Virus record (IMG/VR): IMGVR_UViG_3300044680_000280
Span: 310,001-374,000 of that record
DNA: 64,000 nt
Reading direction: 5' to 3' (one strand)
Part shown: in pieces, positions 18,987-27,966 of the stretch
How the letters are laid out: every line of letters starts with the position of its first letter
Numbering within the stretch: the first letter of the stretch is position 1
Made by a program: the position numbers and the translations under genes
The notes under the pieces: model-generated
Databases searched by the model: none
The model's input: the letters and a program-made list of their open reading frames with translations, nothing else
What the model was told of the DNA's origin: nothing

Positions 18987-19280
18987 ATGGGTGCACATTG
19001 GGCAACCGAACTCAAGGCGAAGCTGGACGAGGCCGATCCTTCTGATGACGCCGTGTTCGCTGAGCTCGTAGGGACCACTCTCGAAGCGACCAACACGTCG
19101 GACGCAGATGCGGCCGAGATACTGGGCGTCTCCCGTCCGACGGTCACTCGGTGGAGGCTGAGACAGTCCGTACCCCATCCGGCTATTCGGTCGACGATCT
19201 TCAAAATGCTGAAGGATCAGATCAGCCTACACACACTCAAGCATTTTCGTCGGCTTCGGCGCGGACAGAACCTTCTGTAG
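18987..19280 (+). CDS. XRE-like helix-turn-helix protein
   Basis: AAEILGVSRPTVTRW..PHPA; A-motif at 18970. Confidence 0.8.
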   Translation: MGAHWATELKAKLDEADPSDDAVFAELVGTTLEATNTSDADAAEILGVSRPTVTRWRLRQSVPHPAIRSTIFKMLKDQISLHTLKHFRRLRRGQNLL

Positions 19281-19296
19281 GGACTAGGACTTTTTA

Positions 19297-19551
19297 ATGG
19301 CAACTGAATTTATCCAAGCGGTTAGAGACAATGAAGACGTCGAGGGCAGTCCCGTTGCACGAGCACGAAAGGCGATTCTGCTCGCGGTCAACTCGACTCT
19401 CGACAAGGTTGAGGTGGAGTGGGAATACGAAGGTCTGTCCAGCACTCTTTCACATGTTGAGGTAAACTTCACCTTTAAGGATGATGGGGATCGATCCGTG
19501 GCCGCCCGTGTGGGACTCAAGTATTCTTGTCAGACCTCACCCAACGAATAA
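19297..19551 (+). CDS. hypothetical protein
   Basis: ORF. Confidence 0.55.
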   Translation: MATEFIQAVRDNEDVEGSPVARARKAILLAVNSTLDKVEVEWEYEGLSSTLSHVEVNFTFKDDGDRSVAARVGLKYSCQTSPNE

Positions 19552-19554
19552 CCG

Positions 19555-19891
19555 TCACGACTCGTCCTCAACGAGGTGGTCCCAAACGGTTCGGCGCGGT
19601 GCTGGAGTCCCCTTTGGGCGGGGATCAAAGGGGATCTTGACGTCCTGTCCAGGTGACAACGGGGGGAGTTTCCCTTCCGCCCTCAACCGTTCCCCTAGTT
19701 CTGAGAAGAGGAGTCTCCCTTGTGCGGTCCTACGATAACCGTCATCTTGGTCAATTGAATCCCAAGGTAAGTCGGCGTAGTACTTTCCGAAGCATCTGTT
19801 GCAGGCCCAATTGACAGAACCCTTCCATAGAAGAATCCCCGCAGCACGGGCACACCGTCAACGGTCCGGTCGCTTCGTAGGTGGGCTTCAT
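19555..19891 (-). pseudogene. frameshifted paralog of 21062-21379 (Zn-finger, W-tag)
   Basis: A-motif at 19902. MKPTYEATGPLTVCPCCG continues in the +1 frame as WACNRCFGKY...GERLRAEGKLP...RRTVWDHLVEDES*. Length is 337 nt (3n+1). Confidence 0.75.
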
Positions 19892-19918
19892 TCTGCCATT
19901 ATACACCGCCGGTTCCCG

Positions 19919-20143
19919 TTACTTTTTGACCGTCTCGAGGAGTTTGAAGGCCTCATTGAACGGTAGAGCCATGCTGGCAAGTCGCGACGAGGAGACGGTG
20001 TGGGCAAGCTCCCAGATCCCATCATTGGGGTTATAGAACCAAGCGGGACCCTCGACCTTGCGAATGATCCACCTGTCCTTGTCGGCCGTGCGAAAAAGGA
20101 CGACCCCATCTTCGCGTGTGAATACTGTAGCTTCAATTTTCAT
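19919..20143 (-). CDS. hypothetical protein
   Basis: ATGA overlap with the upstream gene. Confidence 0.65.
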   Translation of the reverse strand: MKIEATVFTREDGVVLFRTADKDRWIIRKVEGPAWFYNPNDGIWELAHTVSSSRLASMALPFNEAFKLLETVKK

Positions 20144-20667
20144 CGTGGTGGCGCCCCGTTCTGTTCCATGCAGGCGACGCCCATGGCCGCGATTTTTCGG
20201 ACGCTGTGAAGAGCCGCGACGCTGGCCCCCGGGTCCACGTTTCGAGACACGATGCGCATCGCTTCGGTCAGGTAGTCCTGCATGTAGACCAGCCATTCGG
20301 TCACGCTGTGGCGTCCGCCGCTTGACGTGGTCGCCAGATTCCATTTGGCCTCCTGGTACGCACGTTCCACGTTGATGGCTTCGTACACCTCGGCTCTCGA
20401 GGTTAGCAGGGGTACGGTCCGCGTCGGATTCCCGCTGAGTGGGGGTGGGAAGTTCACCGGGTCGCATTTGGAACACCCACATGTCCGCACTAGACCATGA
20501 TTTATGCCTCTCGGGGAGTTGCACGGGCAACCGTCCGTCATCCAAGAGTTTTCTATCAAAAGAGGTTTCCCACAACCTTTACAGTGGAGCGAAATAAGGT
20601 CGCACGCGTGCTTCTCACCACGCCCTCTACAGTTGACGGTTCCGTGTTCACACTCGTTTTCGTGCAT
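20140..20667 (-). CDS. Cys-rich N-terminus fused to a MazG-like NTP pyrophosphohydrolase domain
   Basis: EAINVERAYQ..KW...EWLVYMQDYLTEA...RKIAAMGVACMEQ phage MazG-like pattern. Confidence 0.55.
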   Translation of the reverse strand: MHENECEHGTVNCRGRGEKHACDLISLHCKGCGKPLLIENSWMTDGCPCNSPRGINHGLVRTCGCSKCDPVNFPPPLSGNPTRTVPLLTSRAEVYEAINVERAYQEAKWNLATTSSGGRHSVTEWLVYMQDYLTEAMRIVSRNVDPGASVAALHSVRKIAAMGVACMEQNGAPPR

Positions 20668-20679
20668 GTGGCCTCCTAC

Positions 20680-20781
20680 CTATCGGCGACTGATCTCGTA
20701 CATTTGCCCGGCCATGAATCCCATGACGAATGCGAGGAAGTAATCATAGTGCGCATTCACCCACATCCACAGGGTCGGCAT
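20680..20781 (-). CDS. 33-aa hydrophobic peptide
   Basis: A-motif at 20792, 10 nt upstream; MPTLWMWVNAHYDYFLAFVMGFMAGQMYEISRR. Confidence 0.6.
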   Translation of the reverse strand: MPTLWMWVNAHYDYFLAFVMGFMAGQMYEISRR

Positions 20782-20838
20782 GACTCTTTTCTACACCGAC
20801 GCCCTCTCCCGGTGTAATGCCTTTTCGCGAGGCGAACG

Positions 20839-21078
20839 ATGGAACAGGTGAAGTACCCCAAGTTCGAGTTTTCGGACCTACTCTACCGCAAAACGGTTGT
20901 GTCCGGGCACACGTTTGTGGCAAAGGAGGACGAAAACACTAGTAACCTCGTCGTCTGCTCCGTGTGCGGACTCGAAGGATGGGGCGTTCGCGAGGCGGGC
21001 GTCGACTCGATCAAGAGCTACTCGCCAAACAAGCCGTGCACATCGAAGGTTAGGACGGTAGTCAATCCTCATTCGTGA
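20839..21078 (+). CDS. small Zn-finger-like protein
   Basis: A-motif at 20810; CSVCG. Confidence 0.6.
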   Translation: MEQVKYPKFEFSDLLYRKTVVSGHTFVAKEDENTSNLVVCSVCGLEGWGVREAGVDSIKSYSPNKPCTSKVRTVVNPHS

Positions 21079-21379
21079 GGTGATCCCAGACAGTAAGGCG
21101 AGCCCTCGGGGTGAACGCGACTTGGATGTCTTGATCTGGAGGTAACAAGGGCAGTTTCCCTTCTACCCGCAGGCGCTCCCCGGTCTCTGCGAATAGTTTG
21201 CGCCCTTCTTTGACATGAGAGTTGAGGGGGTCGTGGCCGAGAATTGTATGTGGTAAGTACTGACAATACTTACTGAAACAATCATCGCAGGCGAAAAGTT
21301 GCTTCTTATCCACCGAGATCCCACAGCACGGGCACACCGTCAACGGCCCTTCGGGTTCATAGGCGGGTTGCAATATCAT
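21062..21379 (-). CDS. Zn-finger protein with W-tag
   Basis: CPCCG...CDDC; RLTVWDHLTNED*; A-motif at 21390. Confidence 0.8.
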   Translation of the reverse strand: MILQPAYEPEGPLTVCPCCGISVDKKQLFACDDCFSKYCQYLPHTILGHDPLNSHVKEGRKLFAETGERLRVEGKLPLLPPDQDIQVAFTPRARLTVWDHLTNED

Positions 21380-21430
21380 GCGGGTTCTTTACACCGTAAC
21401 TTTACGGTGTACCGGTGTAGAGAAGTAATC

Positions 21431-21715
21431 ATGAAAATCACCGACAGACAACAGCAACTCATGGGGGCATATACCCTGGCGTTCGGCACCCCCGCCTTTC
21501 TGCTTCTACTCAACGGTTGGGAGTGGAGTCTCATGACCGACGCCGAGCGCGTCACGTCGCTTCTGGCAACGGTCCTCTTTTCAATCGGCCTTGCCTGCGT
21601 GGTTCATGTGCCGTTTTGTAACGATGTCGTCGTGGCAAAATGTGCACGTGAGGGGTGTCGCCGTCCATGCTCCGACATGAGTTATCTCTGTGAAGTAGAT
21701 CACATGTCCCCGTAG
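21431..21715 (+). CDS. two-TM membrane protein with Cys tail
   Basis: A-motif at 21413. Confidence 0.7.
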   Translation: MKITDRQQQLMGAYTLAFGTPAFLLLLNGWEWSLMTDAERVTSLLATVLFSIGLACVVHVPFCNDVVVAKCAREGCRRPCSDMSYLCEVDHMSP

Positions 21716-21770
21716 GGATGACCATGGACCGTATGGTCATCCGCTCGAATCGAGCGATCTAGCAAACTCC

Positions 21771-22163
21771 TCAGGTTGCAGGGGTAACAGCCTCTCGTAG
21801 CAGTCGTATGTCCTCTGGCACTGGAATTTTCCCGGGATGTGCGTATTCGCACCTACAGCAGTCGATCCAATCTCCCCCAACACACAAGGGGGACTTGAGT
21901 TGACGCTTGTCGAAGTCCGCCGTGTAGACGCAATACTCGGGCGTGTGGTGGGACAATGGGACCCCACATTTAGGGCACTCTCGTGAGATGCCCATCATCT
22001 CAAATACGGTGTCGGGGTTGTGGTCGACATGAAGCTCAACTCCCCCAGACGGGGGGTAGTATAGGCGAATATTTTTGAACGACTTCCCCCATTTGAGCGT
22101 GAGATGTTCGACAAGCAGGTCGGTAATTTCAGTGGACGTCCAACTGTATTTCTCGGTGGGCAT
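21771..22163 (-). CDS. hypothetical Cys-rich protein
   Basis: ORF; CPKCG. Confidence 0.55.
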   Translation of the reverse strand: MPTEKYSWTSTEITDLLVEHLTLKWGKSFKNIRLYYPPSGGVELHVDHNPDTVFEMMGISRECPKCGVPLSHHTPEYCVYTADFDKRQLKSPLCVGGDWIDCCRCEYAHPGKIPVPEDIRLLREAVTPAT

Positions 22164-22169
22164 CTGCGA

Positions 22170-22307
22170 TCATCTCCCGATGTAACGTGAATCGTTCCAC
22201 CCGTGGCAGTCCGGGGTGCATTCAATGTACATACTGAATCCGAAAAGGGCGACCAAAACCACAATGGCCCCCAAGGTGAGCACGGTGATGAGGGCGGCGG
22301 TTTTCAT
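22170..22307 (-). CDS. small membrane protein (45 aa)
   Basis: MKTAALITVLTLGAIVVLVALFGF...; below the track cut-off. Confidence 0.5.
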   Translation of the reverse strand: MKTAALITVLTLGAIVVLVALFGFSMYIECTPDCHGWNDSRYIGR

Positions 22308-22310
22308 TCC

Positions 22311-22691
22311 TCACACCCTTGCGATCCAGCGTTCGGGGTCGTCCAACTCTCGAAATCGGCCTTGTCTGATCCAGGTGAGGGCTTTCGGACCATCATAGAC
22401 CACCTCCACCATGGGGATGCCGTGCCTCCCGTGCATGGCAGTCGCGAACTTATCTCGACCCGTGTATGTTGAGAGCGCGGCGGCTACCCTCTCGTCCTTG
22501 TCGTCCTTGTCAGCTTCGGCGAACCTTTTGTGAAAGACCGCTTCGTCCAGAGCTTGGAACTCCTCCGGAAAACTGCGGATGAGAAGGCGTTGGAGTTTGA
22601 GCCGACGGATCCGCCTCTTGTAGTACTCTTCCTGGGTCTCGTTTCCGCGGGGGTCGGGGTCCGTTGTGAGAAATTCGTAAAGGACGCTCAT
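22311..22691 (-). CDS. hypothetical protein
   Basis: ATGA overlap. Confidence 0.65.
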   Translation of the reverse strand: MSVLYEFLTTDPDPRGNETQEEYYKRRIRRLKLQRLLIRSFPEEFQALDEAVFHKRFAEADKDDKDERVAAALSTYTGRDKFATAMHGRHGIPMVEVVYDGPKALTWIRQGRFRELDDPERWIARV

Positions 22692-22903
22692 CGCCTTGCC
22701 CATTCGGGTAGCCTTTTATTGAGCTGATAAAGAACATTCTTGATGTTCTTTTCAACAGCGAGAGCGGTACGTTCTGGTAGCTCCTCGTGAGTCAGTGGAT
22801 GGTGGTATATGTAATCGGCTCCGTTGCTAAGGTCGCTCTGCACACCATCGATGATGGCCAGGTACGCCATTTGCTTCGGAGTGAGCTTCTTTTCTTTTGT
22901 CAC
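22688..22903 (-). CDS. hypothetical protein
   Basis: GTGA overlap, GAGGAGG SD. Confidence 0.65.
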   Translation of the reverse strand: MTKEKKLTPKQMAYLAIIDGVQSDLSNGADYIYHHPLTHEELPERTALAVEKNIKNVLYQLNKRLPEWARR

Positions 22904-23298
22904 AGGTCCGCCTCCTCTTCTGTGAGGTCGAGGGACTCGAGCTGAAGGAGTACGTCGTTTTTGAGTTTCCCGTCGGTCGGACTCGTCCCCATTGAGGGGT
23001 GATTGAGATTCCTACTCAAACGTTCCAAGAAGTTGAGTCGCTCGAGTTGTAGCTTGAGCTTGAGGATTTTGATCGTGCGGTACGGGCGCGAACGTGGCTT
23101 GGCACTGTAGTTCCAAAGTTTGTTGCAGCGGCACATCTTGTCGGCAATCTGGATCGCCTCCTCGTAGGGCCACTCTTTTTTGGGGTACTCCTCATACCAT
23201 TGCGGGTTTCCGTCGTGCCCGACCGGCTCGCACCATACGCCGTACAGCCCGGAGGGCGCGGCGTACACTTCGTTGGGGAGAGTCTCTAGAGAGTCCAT
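22900..23298 (-). CDS. hypothetical protein
   Basis: A-motif at 23309 places the start at 23298. Confidence 0.7.
   Translation of the reverse strand: MDSLETLPNEVYAAPSGLYGVWCEPVGHDGNPQWYEEYPKKEWPYEEAIQIADKMCRCNKLWNYSAKPRSRPYRTIKILKLKLQLERLNFLERLSRNLNHPSMGTSPTDGKLKNDVLLQLESLDLTEEEADL
22985..23005 (-). repeat. dispersed 21-bp element copy 2
   Basis: Reverse complement CAATCACCCCTCAATGGGGAC, extends with GAGTCC. Confidence 0.85.
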
Positions 23299-23367
23299 GT
23301 GGGATGAATACACCGGCCCTGCTTCTCGGGCTTGAACTTTGTACGACCTTGCGGTGTAATCTGAGCC

Positions 23368-23673
23368 ATGGCAGGCACCAAGTCGAAAATGCTGCGGTTA
23401 CGCGCGGAAGCGATCAAGGACAGTTTGAACTTAGGCCTTGCTCAGTACGAGAGCTTTCTGAAGGAGAACTCTCGGATCCTGGCTTCACTGAAATGGCGAC
23501 GCCAAAACCCCGAGCTCGCTGAAAAGTACGAGAAAATCGCGGGAAACACATTTGATGCGCACAAAATGTGGCTTGCGGAGGTGAAGGTGGACCTCGCGCC
23601 GCTCGTTGCTCGTACCAAACAGAGACTTCAACTCGTGGACGAAATCCTCCAACGTTCCATATCCTCGTCGTGA
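23368..23673 (+). CDS. hypothetical helical protein
   Basis: B-promoter at 23332 and A-motif at 23352. Confidence 0.75.
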   Translation: MAGTKSKMLRLRAEAIKDSLNLGLAQYESFLKENSRILASLKWRRQNPELAEKYEKIAGNTFDAHKMWLAEVKVDLAPLVARTKQRLQLVDEILQRSISSS

Positions 23674-24239
23674 ACCTTCCCGATTGCGTAACCGTCCTCC
23701 CCGATTTTCTGACGGGTTCGGAAGCCGCGTCACTCTTCGATGCCCTCATGCAGGAGGTTGCGTGGCGGCAGACGCATGTTCGGATGTACGGGAAGAGCAT
23801 CCCCGTGCCCCGCCTCATTGCCTGGTACGGAGATCCCGGAGCCAATTACACGTACTCTGGAATCGAGAACGTCTCTCAAATGTGAACGCCCGCCCTCGTC
23901 GGAATCAAACCGAAGGTCGATGCCCTGCTCCCCCGAGGACTCAAATTCAACGGTGTCCTCTTGAATTACTACCGGGACGGAAAGGACAGGATCGGCTACC
24001 ATTCGGACGATGAGAAGGAACTCGGAGAGACTCCGTTCATCGCCTCCCTCTCCATCGGCGCCACCCGGCGGTTCCACCTCAAACACAAGGAAACGAAGGA
24101 CCGCGTCGAGATCCCTCTGACAAGCGGTACCCTCGTCATCATGCATGGGCTATGCCAGAAACTATGGCAACATGCGGTGCCGTCCGAATCTCGACCGACC
24201 GGTCCTCGAATCAATCTGACGTACCGACAGGTCGTTTAG
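23670..24239 (+). pseudogene. alkB: AlkB-family 2OG-Fe(II) dioxygenase (ALKBH2/3-like) with in-frame TGA at 23883-23885
   Basis: PRLIAWYGD..YTYSG, LNYYRDGKDRIGYHSDDE, IASLSIGATRRF, WQHAVP and RINLTYR are all in one frame. The TGA falls at the usual W of the WTP motif. Confidence 0.85.
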
Positions 24240-24583
24240 CGGGCCGGCGGGGGAGCCGGGGTGATGTTGACCGTGAAAACGGGCGGAGGCGGCGGAACGG
24301 TTGGAATTAGGCTCGGATTCTTGCTTTGTAGGCTCTTGATCGCAACGTCGTGCCATGCGTCGATGAAAGAGTCGGCGTCGAGGGCCATTGCGATAACCGT
24401 TATCGCCGCAAGAACACAGATGACGACACGGACGATTCGTTGAGTCGTTTGGTATTCGTTGCTGGCGGCCTTCGTTTGGCGGGTCTTCTCTCGCTCGCGA
24501 CGCGTAGCTTCCCTTTCGGTGATCTGGGCCTTTAGGACCTCGGCTCGTTTTTCAGCATTGAGGAGGTAGGTGAATAGGGTCAT
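24236..24583 (-). CDS. membrane protein with coiled coil
   Basis: A-motif at 24597; one TM segment. Confidence 0.7.
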   Translation of the reverse strand: MTLFTYLLNAEKRAEVLKAQITEREATRREREKTRQTKAASNEYQTTQRIVRVVICVLAAITVIAMALDADSFIDAWHDVAIKSLQSKNPSLIPTVPPPPPVFTVNITPAPPPAR

Positions 24584-24595
24584 GGTGAATACTTA

Positions 24596-24871
24596 TTACA
24601 CCGAGGGATCCATGAGATGGTCCCAAACCGTCTTCACTGGAATCTCTTCTTTCGGGGCCGCGGGCGGGTCATTTCCGTAAATGATTGACTCGCTGAGCAC
24701 GGGATGCCCCTCGCAGCATCTTTCATCCCACACGAAATGCGGATTTGCTGCGTGACGGCGAGTTGCTTTGGCGGCTCGTTCTGCGTCGGAAGGGGAATCA
24801 TGGTCGCTGCATCGAAGGCACCAACACTTTCCGCACCCCGCACACACCACTTCTATGCAATGGTTACCCAC
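24596..24871 (-). CDS. Cys-rich protein with W-tag
   Basis: CAGCG.CWC..C; KTVWDHLMDPSV*. Confidence 0.7.
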   Translation of the reverse strand: MGNHCIEVVCAGCGKCWCLRCSDHDSPSDAERAAKATRRHAANPHFVWDERCCEGHPVLSESIIYGNDPPAAPKEEIPVKTVWDHLMDPSV

Positions 24872-24941
24872 AGTGGACTCCCCATATAGCGATCACAGAG
24901 GCGATCGACCACAAGAGAACCGCTACAATGTCGTCTTCCAT
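24864..24941 (-). CDS. 25-aa hydrophobic peptide
   Basis: A-motif at 24951; MEDDIVAVLLWSIASVIAIWGVHCG. Confidence 0.55.
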   Translation of the reverse strand: MEDDIVAVLLWSIASVIAIWGVHCG

Positions 24942-24985
24942 GAAATATCTTACACCGATCGCCCGGGCGGTGTAAGAAAGATGGC

Positions 24986-25399
24986 ATGGACCTCAGAACC
25001 ACCGCCCTCATCGAGGACTTCGCCAAAGCTATCCTTGAGCTACGGTCCGCTCTCCAGAAGCTCATTGGGTGGACCATGGGGGGCACTTGCTCGGACTGTG
25101 ACAAGTTTCGAGAGGGGGCGCCGCGCGATTGGCTCCATCACGTCGAATGTGATCACCTGAAGGCGATCAACGAGGCCTATGTCCTCCTCGGACTACCTCC
25201 CGAAAAAGGACACACGTACAAAGACCCCAAGGGAGAGATGAAGCGTCTCGCAGACGAACGTCTGGCGGCCTGGTCGGTTAAGTACCGTGAAGCCGCCGAG
25301 GAGCTACGGCATTGCCGTTCGCTTCGGGACGGGGCGAGCGCCGTGACCTGCCCCGAGCCTCCGGAGACCAAAACCACGGAAAGCCCAGAGGGAACATGA
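24986..25399 (+). CDS. hypothetical protein
   Basis: A-motif at 24968. Confidence 0.7.
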   Translation: MDLRTTALIEDFAKAILELRSALQKLIGWTMGGTCSDCDKFREGAPRDWLHHVECDHLKAINEAYVLLGLPPEKGHTYKDPKGEMKRLADERLAAWSVKYREAAEELRHCRSLRDGASAVTCPEPPETKTTESPEGT

Positions 25400-25611
25400 A
25401 AAAGACGATCAATGCGAGCGCCAAGCCGTCTAAAAGCTCTACCCGAGCCAAAGAGAAGCGTAAAATCAAAGAGATAATTGATTGCGAGGGCTTCCACTAC
25501 GGCCTCGTCTCCTACAGCGACTTCGAAGACGTCAAGGATGAGCGTTTCCACGAGCTCCTCAAAGCGTATCGTTTGGCCGCGGGGGCAATCGAAGAGTACC
25601 TCAATCTTTGA
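25396..25611 (+). CDS. hypothetical protein
   Basis: ATGA overlap, GAGGG SD. Confidence 0.65.
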   Translation: MKKTINASAKPSKSSTRAKEKRKIKEIIDCEGFHYGLVSYSDFEDVKDERFHELLKAYRLAAGAIEEYLNL

Positions 25612-25891
25612 GCAGATGGTCCCATATGGTCATGGTCGGCTTCTCGCGAACCTCCTCTTTGAGGGTTTTTCTGACCACACGGATGATCTTTGCTCGGTTT
25701 ATGCTTACACGGCCGTGATGGGAATCTTCCCAGGCCTTCAATAATTCACGAGCACGGGCTCGGGTCATGACTTCTGGCCTTTGGTGCGTGTCATACACGC
25801 CCTGCACGTTTAACCCGACCCTCGGGTTAAACGTGACGTACCATTTGTGCCTCTGCGTCCTAACCAGGTACCCTAGGACCTCCTTATTCAT
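25601..25891 (-). CDS. hypothetical protein with W-tag
   Basis: MTIWDHLLKD*. Confidence 0.7.
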   Translation of the reverse strand: MNKEVLGYLVRTQRHKWYVTFNPRVGLNVQGVYDTHQRPEVMTRARARELLKAWEDSHHGRVSINRAKIIRVVRKTLKEEVREKPTMTIWDHLLKD

Positions 25892-25958
25892 CGTGTGCGA
25901 TCCTCTCCCACACGCTCAACTTGGCGCTGAGCCATCGGGCGATGAAATTGGGAATCAT
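25884..25958 (-). CDS. 24-aa peptide consisting mostly of a W-tag variant
   Basis: MIPNFIARWLSAKLSVWERIAHDE*; starts 9 nt after the 21-bp element. Confidence 0.45.
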   Translation of the reverse strand: MIPNFIARWLSAKLSVWERIAHDE

Positions 25959-25967
25959 GACGTTGGG

Positions 25968-25988
25968 GTCCCCATTGAGGGGTGATTG
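25968..25988 (-). repeat. dispersed 21-bp element copy 3
   Basis: Reverse complement CAATCACCCCTCAATGGGGAC. Confidence 0.85.
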
Positions 25989-26190
25989 GGAAACCCTTAG
26001 GGTTTCAAAGACCACATACACCGACGCCAAAGGGGAACGACAATGAGAAAGGCTTGACACCGCCCGGGGACTCGTTAAACTCCGCTCGAAAGACGAGGCC
26101 CCATGAAGTTCGTTTTTGCCGCCGTGTTTTGCGCCATTTCCGTCACCGGGATTGCCGCCGTTTGCGGTTTCTTCTCTCCCTGAACTTCCC

Positions 26191-26394
26191 ATGAAGACCA
26201 AACTGACATCTCTCGACGTTGCCCGCCGTATCGCTAACGGTAAGTGCCCGCTCGATATTTTGGATCACGTTCTCGTGGGAGAACTGACCAGGAGAGCCGT
26301 CGAGGACGGGTTCATCCGTCATAACTACGGTTGCAACGACGACTGGGGCGGGTACTCGGTGACCGACAAGGGGCGCAAGGCACTGGAAGGCTAA
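26191..26394 (+). CDS. small winged-helix-like protein
   Basis: YSVTDKGRKAL wing motif. Confidence 0.55.
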   Translation: MKTKLTSLDVARRIANGKCPLDILDHVLVGELTRRAVEDGFIRHNYGCNDDWGGYSVTDKGRKALEG

Positions 26395-26651
26395 CCTACC
26401 GGCTCCGGAATGGTATACTGGTCCGTGACCAGGTCTCGCGAGGAAACCTACAGGCTTGCTCTGACCGTGCTCGAGGTAGCCCGTAAGAACGGGGACATCG
26501 TGAGTGCGGCTATCGCCTCCGCGGTCATCGCTGCCATTCACCGGTGCGAAAGGAACTGACCATGCCTGATTTCATCGTCGAAATGAGAATTCTCTGTGAG
26601 ACCCTCAAGCGAATCGAACGGCTGTCAACTCGTCGGTGTAATGGGGCTCTC

Positions 26652-27179
26652 ATGGAAGATGAAGTCACCAAATTGCGCCAGCAGGTCGAACAACTGCTAG
26701 GGGACATCCACGCGGTTTCCGAGGACTATGCGGACGCCAAGAAGCGTGCCGAAGAGGCAGAGGGTAAGCTCGACCGTATCCTCAAGCTGCCCCGGAAGTC
26801 CTACGGAGGTGATGTCAATGCTGACGGTTGGAACAACGCCCTCGATGAGATTCAGATCATCGTCGGGGCTCGGCGGGCCGTTTCACCAGAGGAGCGCGTC
26901 GAGACCGCTCCGTATCATTACACGTTCTACGTGCGTCCCCACAGAAACAGCAAACAAGAACCGTGCCCTATCAACAAACTTCACGTGGCGGTTGAAGCGG
27001 ACGGGACGGCCTGTCCGCCTCCGACGGCCTGTCCGGACTGTAAAACGGACCTGCTTTTTCGCCTCGCCACTAGGGGCCCAGCCAACGTGTTCGAGATCCT
27101 CGACAGAGACGAAGGTGTCGTATACGATGAGGACATCAAGAATCTGTGGGGCTCTCTCCTGGAGTCGGAAACGGTGTAA
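26652..27179 (+). CDS. coiled-coil protein with W-tag variant
   Basis: A-motif at 26634; KNLWGSLLESETV*. Confidence 0.7.
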   Translation: MEDEVTKLRQQVEQLLGDIHAVSEDYADAKKRAEEAEGKLDRILKLPRKSYGGDVNADGWNNALDEIQIIVGARRAVSPEERVETAPYHYTFYVRPHRNSKQEPCPINKLHVAVEADGTACPPPTACPDCKTDLLFRLATRGPANVFEILDRDEGVVYDEDIKNLWGSLLESETV

Positions 27180-27188
27180 GGTAGTAGT

Positions 27189-27539
27189 ATGGCATACAAA
27201 CTGACTGTCTACGATTACACCCCCAACGAGGCGGAGCTTCTCGCGATGTCGGAGGCCACGCGAAAGCACGCCGCCCGCACGGCTAAAATCGATAGTGAGC
27301 GCCTCAGCGTACGGGTCGTGAGCACACAAACTGCTCAGATCAACGACAACCCACTCTATTGTTGCCAAACGGCGACCGAGGTCAAACTCGATGGCCGGGA
27401 CTTGAATACCCGCGTCCCCGAGGAGCGACAAATCTATTTTTCGGTTCGAAATGGAATGTGCCACCAAGAGGCACAAATCATACCGGACCCGAGCCGCCTC
27501 CGTTTGGTGCAAATCATCGAAGGACCGTTGGTTCCCTGA
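27189..27539 (+). CDS. hypothetical protein
   Basis: A-motif at 27172. Confidence 0.75.
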   Translation: MAYKLTVYDYTPNEAELLAMSEATRKHAARTAKIDSERLSVRVVSTQTAQINDNPLYCCQTATEVKLDGRDLNTRVPEERQIYFSVRNGMCHQEAQIIPDPSRLRLVQIIEGPLVP

Positions 27540-27573
27540 CGAAACGAACACCGATCCGGTGTATAACTAGGGC

Positions 27574-27954
27574 ATGAATCGTCGAAGCTTTCTCACGTCC
27601 GCCTTTACGGGCGCTCTCGTGTTTATCGCCAGCAAATTACCGTGGAACAACTACGGCGCCGTGTTCGAGGTCGTCTACGAGGACCCCGATGGGAGCGGGA
27701 TGGACTATAGAGGTCACCTTGGCTCACACGTGTTCAATGCCAAACGATGCTGCAACAACTGCACCATCATCTTTGCTGCATTTGCGCCGGGCTCGGACGT
27801 CGACAACGGACCTTGCTTCGTTCCAGGGGAGCTGAAACCAATCAACGGGGCGGCAAAGAGACTCCAGGCTGAGATCGATGTCTCAAGGTTGGATTGTCTC
27901 GTTCCCCTACAAGAGCAGACTCAACGCACGTGGTACGCCGCGCCGCGAGTCTAG
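27574..27954 (+). CDS. putative Tat-exported protein
   Basis: MNRRSFLTSAF twin-arginine signal; A-motif at 27557. Confidence 0.7.
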   Translation: MNRRSFLTSAFTGALVFIASKLPWNNYGAVFEVVYEDPDGSGMDYRGHLGSHVFNAKRCCNNCTIIFAAFAPGSDVDNGPCFVPGELKPINGAAKRLQAEIDVSRLDCLVPLQEQTQRTWYAAPRV

Positions 27955-27966
27955 CCTAAGGGAATC

